From: Octopus vulgaris
Taxonomy: Eukaryota
Assembly (NCBI GenBank): GCA_951406725.2
Contig: OX597822.1
Coordinates: 70,122,001 to 70,186,000 of the forward strand
Length of the DNA: 64,000 nt
Direction of reading: 5' to 3'
Part shown: one piece after another, positions 27,071 through 38,830 of the stretch
Numbering within the stretch: position 1 is the stretch's first letter
How the letters are laid out: every line of letters begins with the position of its first letter
Position numbers and translations under genes: made by a program
Notes under the pieces: generated by a model
Seen by the model: the letters and a program-made list of their open reading frames with translations, nothing else
What the model was told of the DNA's origin: nothing
The model's database searches: none

Positions 27071-27338
27071 AATTTTGTTGTGTCTGGGGAGAGTCATACT
27101 GCCTCGATATCTAACACAGTCACCGCTCAATTTCCACTCATCTATTATTTATATTTTTTCCTTTCCAAAATTTTCATTGCTTTTGTAATCTTGTCCCTTG
27201 TCAATAGATGTTGACTCTCCGTTGACAAGGTTACAAAAGCAACAAAAATTTTGGAAAGGGAAATATATAAATAATAAATGAACTGGTGAGTGTGTTAGAT
27301 ATTAAGGCAGTATGACTCTCCCCAGACACAACAAAATT
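27071..27338. repeat. Long imperfect inverted repeat (~125-bp arms)
   Basis: AATTTTGTTGTGTCTGGGGAGAGTCATACTGCCT at the left end pairs with AGGCAGTATGACTCTCCCCAGACACAACAAAATT at the right end. Pairing continues inward with indels. Confidence 0.9.
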
Positions 27339-27431
27339 TGTTTCAACACACGAATTCACATTAAGAATCTTGCAAACTAAATACAATAATGAAGTGTTAT
27401 AGATGAATAATTTATTTAAAGATTGTGTGGT

Positions 27432-27825
27432 AGGCACAGGATCGGCTATATGGTTAAGAAGCTTGTTTTGCAACCATGTGGTTTGGGGTTCAGTTCTAGT
27501 GTGTGACACCTTGGGCAAGTGTCTTCTACTACAACCCCCTCAGCTGACCAATACCTTGTGAATAAATTTAGGAGATGGAAACTGTGTGGAAGCCTGTTGT
27601 ATAAAATTGTGTGTGTTCTTGTGTTTTTGCTTGCTACCCACCACCACCATCATCACTGCTGCCGCCACCACTATTTGACAGCTGGTGTTTTGCAAAAGAA
27701 ACTGATAGAATAAATACCAGGTTTTTATAAAAAACTGAAAAGTAGTGGGGGTCAGTTTTTTTGATTAGATCCTCTAAATAGGTGTCCCAGCATGGTTGGA
27801 GTTCAATAACTGAAACGAGAATAAA
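27432..27825 (+). mobile_element. SINE family A (diverged)
   Basis: Head, CORE-like segment and tail are recognisable. Confidence 0.75.
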
Positions 27826-28108
27826 TATATAGTTAAGAGTGTCGTTTCTGGCATTTTGCGCAGAGTTTTTCATTATTTATATTATTTCTTAACTTTGTCA
27901 GTATACCTAAATACACCTTGCTCTCCAATCATGGCATATAAGCATCTGCTGTCTGGTCAGATCCAAATGTGACTTCAGAAATTGGAAGAGCATTGATAAC
28001 TTGTGTGTAAATAGGGTTACTGCACCCCTCTTTTTGCCTACGTTGATAAACAATAATGACCTAGAACATAGATATTGTTGTTGATGGTTGTAGTTGTAAA
28101 TGTGTTGA

Positions 28109-28335
28109 TTAACACTTTAGCATTTAAACAGGTCTTATCTGGCCCAAATATTCTAGCTGTTTAATGTTCAAACTGGGCAGATCCAACTTTTCACACCAAC
28201 CTTACAATGTCATTCTTAAAATAAATAATCACATCATTGAAATCTCAAAGCTACATGACAATGCATGATTAATTCAAAACAGTGTGAATAATAAGCATGA
28301 CATTTGACAGAGGAATTTGAGTGCTAAAGGGTTAA
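28109..28335. mobile_element. Second piggyBac-like MITE family
   Basis: TTAACACTTTAGCA...TGCTAAAGGGTTAA. Related copies at about 30125-30768 (split by a SINE) and 43370-43830. Confidence 0.75.
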
Positions 28336-29251
28336 TTATGGTCTGATTTTGGATAATGGAATTTTGTGAAATTGGAGAGATTTCATACTAATTTTATATC
28401 TATAAATTAGTGTTTGAGTTTATGCATATATGAATTTATTTATATATGTGTGCTCGTCTATGGTCCCTATCACTAGCTAGCATTTTTAATGAAGCTAGCT
28501 AACTTGTCTATTGATAAAAATTTTATAACTTTCGGAGACAAGATAAAATACCATCGTAACACCTCATCACACGTGACTCATTTCCTTTCCCAGCTACCCG
28601 TTCTTATATTATGCAGGTTAGTTATATATATATTTCTCATGTATAGTAAGTCACCTGGGCCTGTCCCTCTTTCATACTCTAGCTTCTCAACACTTGGCAT
28701 AAAGCCATTTCTCTCCCCCAATTCAGTTATGGGGCCATTTCAGTCTTGTGAGTTTCATGGCGACTTCATTAGTACCGGTACCATGGGGTGGGGTGGGGGG
28801 AAAGCACCCAGTAGACTCTGGATAATGGTTAGTGTTAGGAAGGGCATCCAGCCATAGAAACTATACCAAAGCAGATATCAGAGCTCGATGCTGTCAGTCT
28901 TCCAGCTTGTCAGATCCTGTCACGCCCTTCCAACTCCTGTTAGTATGAAAGAGATGTTTAATGATGACGATGATGATGATGATGTACATCTATATGCATA
29001 ATTTACTATGCTTGTGTATGTTGGCACAAGCATTGTGATCTTTGGAGTGCAGCTGTGTACTGACGCACACACGCACGCACGCACGCACAAAAATGTCTGT
29101 CACTTTAAACACTGACATTGGAAATAGGCTTTTTGGGTGCACGCACACACACGAATGTGTGTGTGTGTGTTGGTGTGTAGCTATTGTTTATCTTTATTTA
29201 CTATGTCAAAAAAAAAATGAAATAAACAAATTCTGAACATACACAGTTGGT

Positions 29252-29258
29252 ACCACTG

Positions 29259-29325
<67 letters not shown>

Positions 29326-29371
29326 CACCACCACCACCACCACCACCACCACCACTACTACTACTACTACT
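29252..29371. repeat. (ACT)n/(ACC)n compound trinucleotide repeat
   Basis: Read directly from the sequence. Confidence 0.97.
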
Positions 29372-30320
29372 GTTTTCATTTCCCTTCTATTTCTTAAACT
29401 AGTTGTTCTGTTATGAGCTTTCCTTACCAGTTTTACATTTTAACTGGAATAATAACCAGAAATGCCACAGACTAATTGGCCACTCAGATAGCTGTGTGTA
29501 TATGTGGTTTTTATGTGTGTGCGTGTGTTTGTGTGTGTGTGTGTGAGTGTGTGCACACTATGAAGGGCTCTGGTGTGGAGGAAGAGGAGGAAAAGATTCC
29601 CTATAGTCATCTGTTTGAAGGAAGACCTATTTAATAAGAAAACCTTATACTTTCTTTCTCCCTCTTCTCTCTTTATTTTTCTCTCACTTTCTCTCCCTCT
29701 CTCATCTTGGTTTCCCTCTCACTCTCTCTCTCTCTGTTGGACAACATGCAACAGTTGTTATTTTGACCGATTCTACCAAACTGGGTCAAGAAACAAAATA
29801 TAAAATTGCATAGAGAACATTATGTTAGAGACATTTAAAGCAAACTAGCAAAGTTTCCCTTCCTCCCCTCCCTGCCTCCTACTTTTCATCGCTTTCCTTC
29901 TCTTTCACCACTCCTTTAAACATCTCCTCTTCCAATTTTTTTTTCTCCTGGCTCCCTTGTTATTTCTGTTACTTGGAAAGATTCAAATCCAGAAATATGA
30001 AGCCCTAAATTAAATACATTTCTCCCTCCTCTTAATGAATATCCTTAGTTTTATCGTTATTAAAGATAACAGCTGCTAAATAATATTTTAATAACAGTTG
30101 CTGACAGAGATGGAGGAATTATGTAGTCCTTTAGCATTTAAACAGGCCATCTCTGGCCAAAATATTCTTCCAGTTCTATGTTCAAACTGACCAGATTTAA
30201 CCGCTTGCACCTACCCTACAATGTCATTCTAAAAATAAGCAATCATGTCATCGAAATCTCAAAGCTACAAGATAATGCATGATTGTTTTTAAAACATGTG
30301 AATTACATTTGGAGTAATAT

Positions 30321-30487
30321 AGGCGTAGGAGTGGCTGTGTGGTAAGTAGCTTGCTTACGAACCACATGCTTCCGGGTTCAGTCCCACTGCGTGGCACCTT
30401 GGGCAAGTGTCTTCTACTATAGCCTCGGGCCAACCAAAGCCTTGTGAGTGGATTTGGTAGACAGAAACTGAAAGAAGCAGCCCATCG

Positions 30488-30518
<31 letters not shown>

Positions 30519-30740
30519 ATGTTTGTGTGTCTGTGTTTATTCCCCCAACATCGCTTGACAACTGATGCTGGTGTGTTTACGTCCCCGTAACTTAGCGGTT
30601 CAGCAAAAGAGACCGATAGAATAAGCACTAGGCTTACAAAGAATAAGTCCTGGGGTCGATTTGCTCGACTAAAGGCGGTGCTCCAGCATGGCCACAGTCA
30701 AATGGCTGAAACAAGTAAAAGAGTAAAAGAAAGTAAAGAG
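30321..30740 (+). mobile_element. SINE family A reference copy (tRNA-derived, CORE-like, internal (TA)/(GT) microsatellite)
   Basis: A box TGGCTGTGTGG 30332-30342, B box GGTTCAGTCCC 30375-30385, GGCACCTTGGGCAAGTG, (GTAAAAGA)n tail. TSD GAGTAAT at 30312-30318 and 30742-30748. Nested in a MITE. Confidence 0.92.
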
Positions 30741-31239
30741 AGAGTAATGTGAATGCTTGAGGGTTGAATATGTAAAAATATCTGGAAATAAGAAAGCAAT
30801 AACCATCTCCACCTCATATCAAAAACCAAAAAGCATATAAGAACCAAAATTATTAAGTGACATAAATACGTTTCTTAAATTCTTGCATTTACTCACACAC
30901 AAAATTAGCACCACCTGGGATTGTAACACATGTAGAGCACTATTAATACAATGATGAAAATAAAAACACTGTACATACCTAAGGGACACACAAGGCTTTG
31001 CGCAGTTAAGCAGTGAAAGCATGTAGTAATAATACAACTAGTAAAACCATGTACTGTATTTGATGGCATAAAAAACATACAAGCATATTAGACACATCCC
31101 AATTTCAGCAGCACGTAATCAGTTAAAAAAAAGATTCTAATATATTACAGCTTGTGGGAGGTCTAACTTCCCATATAGGATCTGGGGTGACTTTTTTTGA
31201 AAAATGTACATTTCTTTTGGTGCAGGTGTGGCTGTGTCA

Positions 31240-31594
31240 TGGCACTCTGTGAGTTATGATGACAAGGGTTCCAGTTGAAATTAATGTGCAAGTGGCTGAG
31301 CATTCCACAGACACGTGTACCCTTAATGTAGTTTTCAGGGAGATTCAGCATGACACAGTGTGTGACAAGGCTGGCCCTTTGAAAATACAGGTACAACAAA
31401 AACAGGAAGAAAGAGTGAGAGAAAGTTGTGGTGAAAGAGTACAGCAGGGTTCACAACAACCCCCTACTGGAGCCTTGTGGAGCTTTTAGGTGTTTTAGCT
31501 CAATAAACACTCACAACACCCAATCTGGGAATTGAAACCATGATCCTATGACCATGAGTCTGCTGCCCTAACCACTGGGCCATTGCACTTCCAC
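31240..31594 (-). mobile_element. SINE family F (own head, family D 3' half)
   Basis: tRNA-like head TGGCCCAGTGG...GGTTTCAATTCC. 11-bp TSD TGTGG(C/T)TGTGT at 31227-31237 and 31595-31605. Confidence 0.85.
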
Positions 31595-31611
31595 TGTGGT
31601 TGTGTATACCT

Positions 31612-32218
31612 ATAGGTGCAGGCATGGCTGTGTGATAAGAAATTTGCTTCTTAACCAGATGGTTCTGGATTCAGTTCTACTGTGTGACACCTTGGGCAAG
31701 CGTCTTCTACTATAGCCTCAGGCTAACCAAAGCCTTGTGAGTAGATTTGGTAGACAAAAATTGACAGAAGTCTGTAGTATATACAGGGTGGCCCAAAAGT
31801 AGGTTTACAACTATCTCTTTCGCATTCATATATTAACAGTTTAGATCTTAATTATAAAAAAAAAAATGAACCCATTATTCTATGCTAATTTAGTTAATTG
31901 TAAGATAGAAATTTAAATGAAATAAAATAAAATGTTTTAAAAGAAATTTAAAGTGCCTACATGATAACTGTAAACCTACTTTTGGACCACCCTGTATATC
32001 TATGGGTGTCTCTTGTGTCTGTGTTTGTCCCCCATTATCGCTTGATAACTGGTGTTAGTGTGTTTATATTCTCATAGCATAGCGGTTCGGCAAAAGCTAC
32101 TATAAAGTACCACGCTTGAAGAAGAAATAAGTACTAGGGTTGACTCGTTTGACTAAACTTCTTCAACACTGTGCTCCAGCATGGCCACAGTCTAATGACC
32201 GAAACAAGTAAAAGAAAA
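31612..32218 (+). mobile_element. SINE family A with a nested Tc1/mariner MITE
   Basis: Family A homology on either side of 31784-31994. Confidence 0.85.
31784..31994. mobile_element. Tc1/mariner MITE
   Basis: ~26-32-bp TIR CAGGGTGG(C/T)CCAAAAGTAGGTTTACA, with TA on both sides. Confidence 0.92.
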
Positions 32219-32724
32219 AAAATCCCTTATACATCATCAAACATGGCATTTATCATTTTAAGAAATGATACCTTGTGGTAGTTCATTGGCCCTGAGAGAG
32301 AAGGCACATTAAGTAAACCAAAGATTTAAATCTAAAAAAAATGAACGACAAAACATTGGGTAGTGAAATTATTGCTAAACTCAAATGTGAAGCTAGAAAT
32401 TATTTTTCTTGTTCTTAATATAAACTGCAAGTAGTTGTTGGGTATGTTCCTTTGAGAATTTTGTCATGCTGGATCCAGTAAAATTCCATATAATTCTAGT
32501 ATATTGAGTCCATGCATCTTATTTTGCCATTTGTAACAAAATCTGAACTCACATATTTGGGGAGTTGGGCATTTAATGTTTCAGCACCTTGGTTATTCCA
32601 TTGTTTCTAGGTTGTTCATAGTGGCAGATGATGTTCTATAGGCTGAAGATAATGGTTTGTGTATTAATAATTTACTGTTGTTATTGTTTTAATAACAAAA
32701 AATTAATTGTGGTTGATTTATTTT

Positions 32725-33250
32725 TTTTTACTTGTTTCACTCATCAGACTGTGGCCATGCTGGAGTACTGCCTTGAAAATGTTTAATTGAATAAATTAAC
32801 CTCAGTACTTATTTTAAAGCCTGGTGCTTATCCTATCTTGAAGGCATATGGCTCTGTGATTGCAAGATTCTGGTTTCATTTCCTGGACTGGGTGGTGCTT
32901 CATATCATGTTGCTCCAGTCCACTCAACTTAAACGAGCAACTCAGAGAGAATGTGATCTTAGTCACTTGTACACCATGCAAACCTTAGTACTTGGTACTT
33001 AGTTACTTAATCCGTCAGTCTGTTTTGCTGAACTACTAATGTTACAGTAATGTAAACAAACCAACACTGGCTGTCAAACACACACACAATAGGCTTCTAC
33101 ACTGTTTCCCTTTATCAAAATTAATCACAAGGCATTGATAGGTTTTGGGATACAGTAGAAGACATTTGCCCAAAGTGCTATACAGTGGGACTGAACCGGA
33201 AACCTCATGGTTGCAAAGCAAGCTTCTTAATCACACAGCCATGTCTGCAC
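32725..33250 (-). mobile_element. SINE family A with a nested family-D-like fragment (~32840-32930, +)
   Basis: Homology to both families. Confidence 0.7.
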
Positions 33251-34357
33251 CCTAAATTATTTTTAGAATTTTAGTTTTAGAATCTTGGAATAACTTTGGT
33301 ATTTAGTTTACTTCTAAATTGCTTTTACAAATTGACAGTGACGTTCATTCTCTAATTCATTCTTGGTAATTATGTAATTGTCACTTGTAATTTTATATAT
33401 TTTTTGTTTTGGTGATCATAACCTTTGTGGTTGGACTATGTAGGTCGTTTAAAAACTGTGTTAAATTTGAGGTTCAGTCGGGATTTTATTTACACGGAAA
33501 CAAAATATTCCATTGAATGGCTAGGGTCATGTGAATAATAAAAGAAGAAGGGTTAAAGTTGATGCTTGAATGATTGTTCTACGAGGATATTCATTCTGTT
33601 TCTTTCTCCCCATCCCCTCTATATCGTGTTACAGCTTTGAAACTGTTCTCAAATTACAGGGTTTCATATGACCCTCCTCCAACACTGTCTTCGTCTTCAA
33701 AATAGAAATCTGATAATCTCTGTAGACATATATAGGAAAATCAAGGCAGAACTAACTGCTCCACAGAAGTTCTATTCTAATTGTGAAGGAAGTGGTAAAA
33801 AAAAAAAAAAAGAACGAAGTGGGAGAGAAAGAAGGAGAGAAATGAACTGGTTTCTTGTGTTATTGAAACGATGCAGACAATGGCTTCAAAACAATTATTT
33901 GACAACAATAGAGATGACCTCCAGAATGGGCTGGCATATCCAGCATATCCAGCTCATTGCGTTGGGCTCATTGTGTTTGTAGTAGGGTTTGTTTCTAGCT
34001 TCTGTCAAATGTAGTTGTATAGAGAAATGAAAAAAAAAAAAAAAATCAGACTGCATGTCTCAGAGACAACACATAATAGCACTAGAGTTAGCTGTGCATG
34101 TAACCAGACAAACAGCCTGCTATTACATTCACAAGCAACACACTAAAAGTATACATGTAGGAGTAATAAATAGCTAAGGTAAACAACCTTAAATGCTGGG
34201 ATTAAGATGGTTTCGCGTTTAAAAATGTTTTGGAAATATTATCATGTATAAAAAAAAAACAGAAAGACAAGAAAGAACACTGAAACTTGCTGCTCATAAC
34301 AGATGAGCTGAGAATATGTGCAGGTAGACTGTCAGAATCAGTAGAGCATCAAGCTAA

Positions 34358-34585
34358 AGCTGGCAGTACCGTTAGCACGCCGGGTGAAATGCGTAGCCGT
34401 ATTTCGTCTGCCGTTACGTTCTGAGTTCAAATTCCACCGAGGTCGACTTTGCCTTTCATCCTTTCAGGGTCGATTAAATAAGTACCAGTTACGCACTGGG
34501 GTCGATGTAATCGACTTGGTCCCTTTGTCTGTCCTTGTTTGTCCCCTCTGTGTTTGGCCCCTTATGGGTAGTGGGGAAATAAAAT
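34358..34585 (+). mobile_element. SINE family B (young, CpG-rich)
   Basis: GAGTTCAAATTCC B box; GGTCGACTTTGCCTTTCATCCTTTCAGGGTCG...AAGTACCAG central domain. Confidence 0.88.
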
Positions 34586-35649
34586 AGCTTGTGGTATTTG
34601 TTTACACCCTTTTATGCTGAGCTCAAATTATGCCTATGTCCTTTTTGCCTGCTGTCCTTCTTTGGTTGATAAAAATGAGAGCTGGTCGGAGGGAAGTTAA
34701 TGTAATTGGCTGTATTCTATATCACTGTGTTCACACGTAATTACCAACGAAAGATGAAAAATTAAAAAAGCAAATATTGAAAGAGCTGTGTGTCACAAGC
34801 AAGCTAGCGAAGACAACCACCCTTAGTTGTATAGATTTTCATGAAGTATTAGTGATTACTTCTGATTCATGTATACTTTTATTGGATCAAAGGCTAAAAA
34901 GAAAATGAGTCATCTCTCTATTAAAGATATTTATTGTTAATAAGTTTATTGAGTGGTTAAGATATCTTACTGGTTGTACAGAGATGTATTGAATTTATAA
35001 TAATGGTGATTATGATTTCAATTCAGTAGGTCAGTTTAATGGTACTTTGCTTTGTTATGTAAGCTGGAAAAGTTATGTTTTTCATGTATACTCTAGTAAT
35101 ATTTAAGCAGGTCTGTGTATTGAGAAAAATAGCAGGGATTTTTGTGAGAGTGTGTGTTTTAATCTCTCAATGATTTATAATGCTAATTATTAGGCAGATG
35201 ATTAATTCTGAACTTTATTGATTGATTCAAGTAACATAATATTCATGGGCAAGATATGAAAGTACCCAAGTTGGTGAGGACCCAGCCTGGGAGTTCAGGA
35301 ATTTTGGTGGGAAGTATTGGAGTTACCCCTTTGTCACCACTACTCCCAGTTCTGCTCTGGCCTGAGGTGGCGGTATCTGTTGAGACCCTAGCTATTACTC
35401 AAATAGAAAAACAGCAGAAGATGGTCTTGTGGTTAAAGTATACACTTCTTGGATGAGGGTTGACTCCTAAATAAGTATCACTCAGGGTTACCAGTGTGTG
35501 AACGTCCTCTGAAGTCATGTCAAGCAGTTCTCTTGTCTAAGAGTGAAATAGGCTCTTTGTCTTAAGGGTAAACTTTAGAAAGCACAGGACTAGCAGAGTG
35601 AATTGTCAAGAAAGCAGCAGAAAGTAACAGGAAACCATTGGTGTATCTT

Positions 35650-37130
35650 TCCTTAGAAAAATTGTAGATTTTTAAACTTTGGCATGGAGGCCCATGATTG
35701 CTGATGTCTACAGGTATGGCACATAGAGGGTGAGGGGAGAGAGAGAGAAAGAGAAGTAGAAAATAAGTGATTGTCTGTGTTCTGTAATATGAGAATCAGA
35801 ATGTTGTTCCAATGTTCTGAATTCCAAAGTGGAGTATCAGTGTGAATCAGGATTTCAATGGTGAAAAGTTTGTATGTGGTTATCACATGTGCTCAATGCT
35901 ACCTTGAAGAAAGAGATATGAGAATATTACAGTGAGAGGTTGCTGAATAAAGAGAATGCATAGCCGAGAGTGGGACTATCCCAAGGAGACCCAATGGAGG
36001 GGCCATCTGTAGAATTATCAGCTATATGATTAAAATGGCTATTAAGGTTATAACGACAGAGAATGCAACTGGACCATGAAAGATAGTTGTTGAGATAGTG
36101 AAAAATGGTGAAGCAGGACACATGTTAATTGCTGGCATAATTAAGGAAGAAATACAGGGAAAAGTCACTCCCAGAGACTGGCATATCAGTATCATTGTTA
36201 ACTGTTACAAAGGGCAAAGGAGATACCCTTAGAAGAGAAACATCAAACTAATGGGTCAAGTTATGAATAGAACAGAAAACATTATAGCATGACTAATGAA
36301 TTAAGAAAATTAGCTTAGATGAAGATGCTGTTCAGGTTTGTGCATCACTGGTGTTTTTTACTCATTGGATAACTGTAGAAGTTTGTAGTAATAAGCAAAC
36401 CACTATACCTACCATTTTTTTTTTTTACATCTGGAGAAGGTCTTTGATACAACACTATGTTATATTGTTTGGCTGTTGTTAAGAAAACTAAAATGAATGA
36501 CTTGAAAGAGCAGTGTAAGCCTTATACAGGGGCACTGAGAGCAAGGTGAGAGTGAGAGTTGTCCATCAGGTCTTTAAGCCATATCGCAAGAATTTAAAAC
36601 CAGCTGTCTGTGGGAGTTTCTGTATGCCAATGACCTAGTTCTTATAGTTGAATCTGCTGCAGAATTAGAGAAATTCCATACATAGGAGCAAAGCCTAGAA
36701 TTGAGATCTTGAATAAATCTAGCAAAGACAAAAGACTTAAAGTCTATTGCCATCAAGATAGTGGCCATGTTGAATATACAGAAATGGAGGTCAGTAGGAA
36801 TTCTATCCTGTGTACCAAAAATAAAATGAGTGGATAAAAGATGCAGTAGAATTACTGACAGATTGACAAAGAAGAGGGACTTCATAGGTAGCAGTTGCAT
36901 AAGAAAAGTTAGCAGTAAGAATACTAGCTGAATAAATTCTTTCAAATGCTCTGAGGGTTCCTAGATGTAGTTAAGCACTTATCCAGGTGACCTAATTAAT
37001 TATTTAGATGATCTAATTATTAATGGGAGAGTGTGTGTTTGAAAAGCATATTAGCCAGAGTGAAACTGGGGTGGAAAAAGTTCAAGGAGCCATGACGTCT
37101 ACTGGCAACAAAAGCTTGTGTATGACGTGT
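35650..37130 (+). mobile_element. Decayed RTE-clade LINE (reverse transcriptase remnant)
   Basis: Frameshifted motifs: PRDWHISIIVNCYKG (~36170), IKLMGQVM (~36242), LEKVFD (36431-36448) and WEFLYANDLVL (LYADD-like, 36620-36637). Confidence 0.85.
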
Positions 37131-38129
37131 GATGTGGCAGAGTAGTGTAACATGGGAATCGAATGTGGAAGATGTGCGGTGTTGGTGTGTTTGGACAACA
37201 GAGCACAAGAAGGAAATGGAAGAAAGATCATATCAAACATGGGAAAACAAGGGTGGTAGTGACAGTGGTAGCAGTACTGTGGTAGTTTGCATAAGTTCAC
37301 CTAATCATTACTGTGGGCATTGTTCATATGTTAATTTGGAAATTCTAATTTCATACTACAGATGTTTGTTTCCTTATAAATCAGCTATTTGTTTTGTCAT
37401 AAGTATAAGCAATTTGGTCATTGTGGTTTATAGATTTATTAATCTTTCTCTCAGTTTCATTGTAATGCTTCACTGATAATCCATTCTTATTATAAGAAAT
37501 ACAGTAAAACCAATGATTAGCCTGTTTGAAACCTGTTATCATCTGTACTATTGTTCGCAAATTGCAGCATGAATAAATAAATAAATAGGAACTAATAGAA
37601 AGAATTTGTGTTTGGTTGAGGAACTTAGTGAATGAATTTTGGCATTATTAGTTTCTGACAAAGAAAAGTTTCAATTCTATCAAAAGAAAAAATTCAGGAT
37701 TGGTGGAATAAAGATTGTTAACCTAATTTATTTTGTCTTCTTAATTCTTGATAAATGTAAATTTAGGTTATACTGTAGACTATCACTTCTGCTCTTGAGT
37801 TCAGGCTTTGTCATTGGCTGTTGTATTTTGGTCACATGGGTGTAAGTCACATTAGCTCTCATGATCTGCATGAGTGAAAATTAAGTATCATGCTTAAAAA
37901 ACAAAAAAAAAACAGAGGCCATTTAAGTTGAATGATTAAGAAGTTGTAAGAAGGATGATGTATTGTAAAATAACTTGCTTCAGTAATACTGAAATTTGGT
38001 AAAATTAAATGCAGAAGTTGTGGAGTGGCTGTGTGGTAAGTAGCTTGCTTACCAACCACATGGTCCTGGAATAAAATGGTGGTAATGGTGGTGGGAAATC
38101 TACTGAGTCTGAAAACAAAACTGTCATGT

Positions 38130-38400
38130 AATCATTATCATCATCATCATCATTGTTTAAAGTTCGTTTTCCATGCTGGTATGGATTGGACAATCTGACC
38201 GAGGACTGGCAAGCCAGTAGGCTGCACCAGGCTCCAATCTGATCTGGCAAGGTTTCTAAAGCTGGATGCCCTTCTTAATGTCAAACACTCCAAGAGTGTA
38301 GTGGGTGCCTTTTACATGTCACTGGCATGGGAGCCAATCAGGCGGTCTAGCAATGACCATGTTCGGATGTTGCTTTTTATGTACCACTGGCATGGGTGTG
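38130..38400 (-). mobile_element. Retroposon family C
   Basis: (CAT)n followed by the reverse-complement family C body. Confidence 0.85.
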
Positions 38401-38439
38401 CCAGATATTATTAGCTTCTGCTCTGTTGCTAATGCCACA

Positions 38440-38830
38440 AATATTTTGCTTCAATGTAAAAGACTGGTCCATCCACCTATCTTCTCCATCCATTGTTCCT
38501 GGGAGTGCTGTGGAGCTAGAACCTTTAGGCATCTCCTCTATAGAGTCCACTCAGAAGTAACTGTTATTACACTTTATAACTGGATTCCCAAGTGTGATTA
38601 TCTGAGACTATGAATATTATCCAACCATATCATTCTTGGTCTACCTCTAGGTATCTCGTTAATTGGCTTGGCTTAAAGAATATGTCTTGCAGCATTCTAA
38701 TCACATGTTAATAGTACTGGAGCTGTGACCTCTCAATGTGGAGAAGAAGTGGATCAACCTGGGAAAACTTCCTAACCTCTGAGCTATGCATCTTGTCAAG
38801 TAATGATATGCTAGAGATCCTTTGGAGAAC
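38440..38830 (-). mobile_element. RTE-clade LINE 3' remnant
   Basis: Minus-strand translation LQRISSISLLDKMHSSEVRKFSQVDPLLLHIERSQLQYY*HVIRM...PRGRPRMIWLDNI. Confidence 0.85.

Noticed and set aside
30321-30400. tRNA gene-like A/B boxes here and in many other places
   Set aside because: No complete cloverleaf, and each continues into a SINE body and tail.
32734-32747. CTGATGAGTGAAAC on the minus strand (hammerhead-like)
   Set aside because: It is a mutated family A tail (CAAATGACTGAAAC) with no stem II and no stems I/III.
33668-33982. 104-aa ORF with a basic NLS-like run
   Set aside because: The Lys run comes from a poly-A tract; no recognisable domain or splice support.
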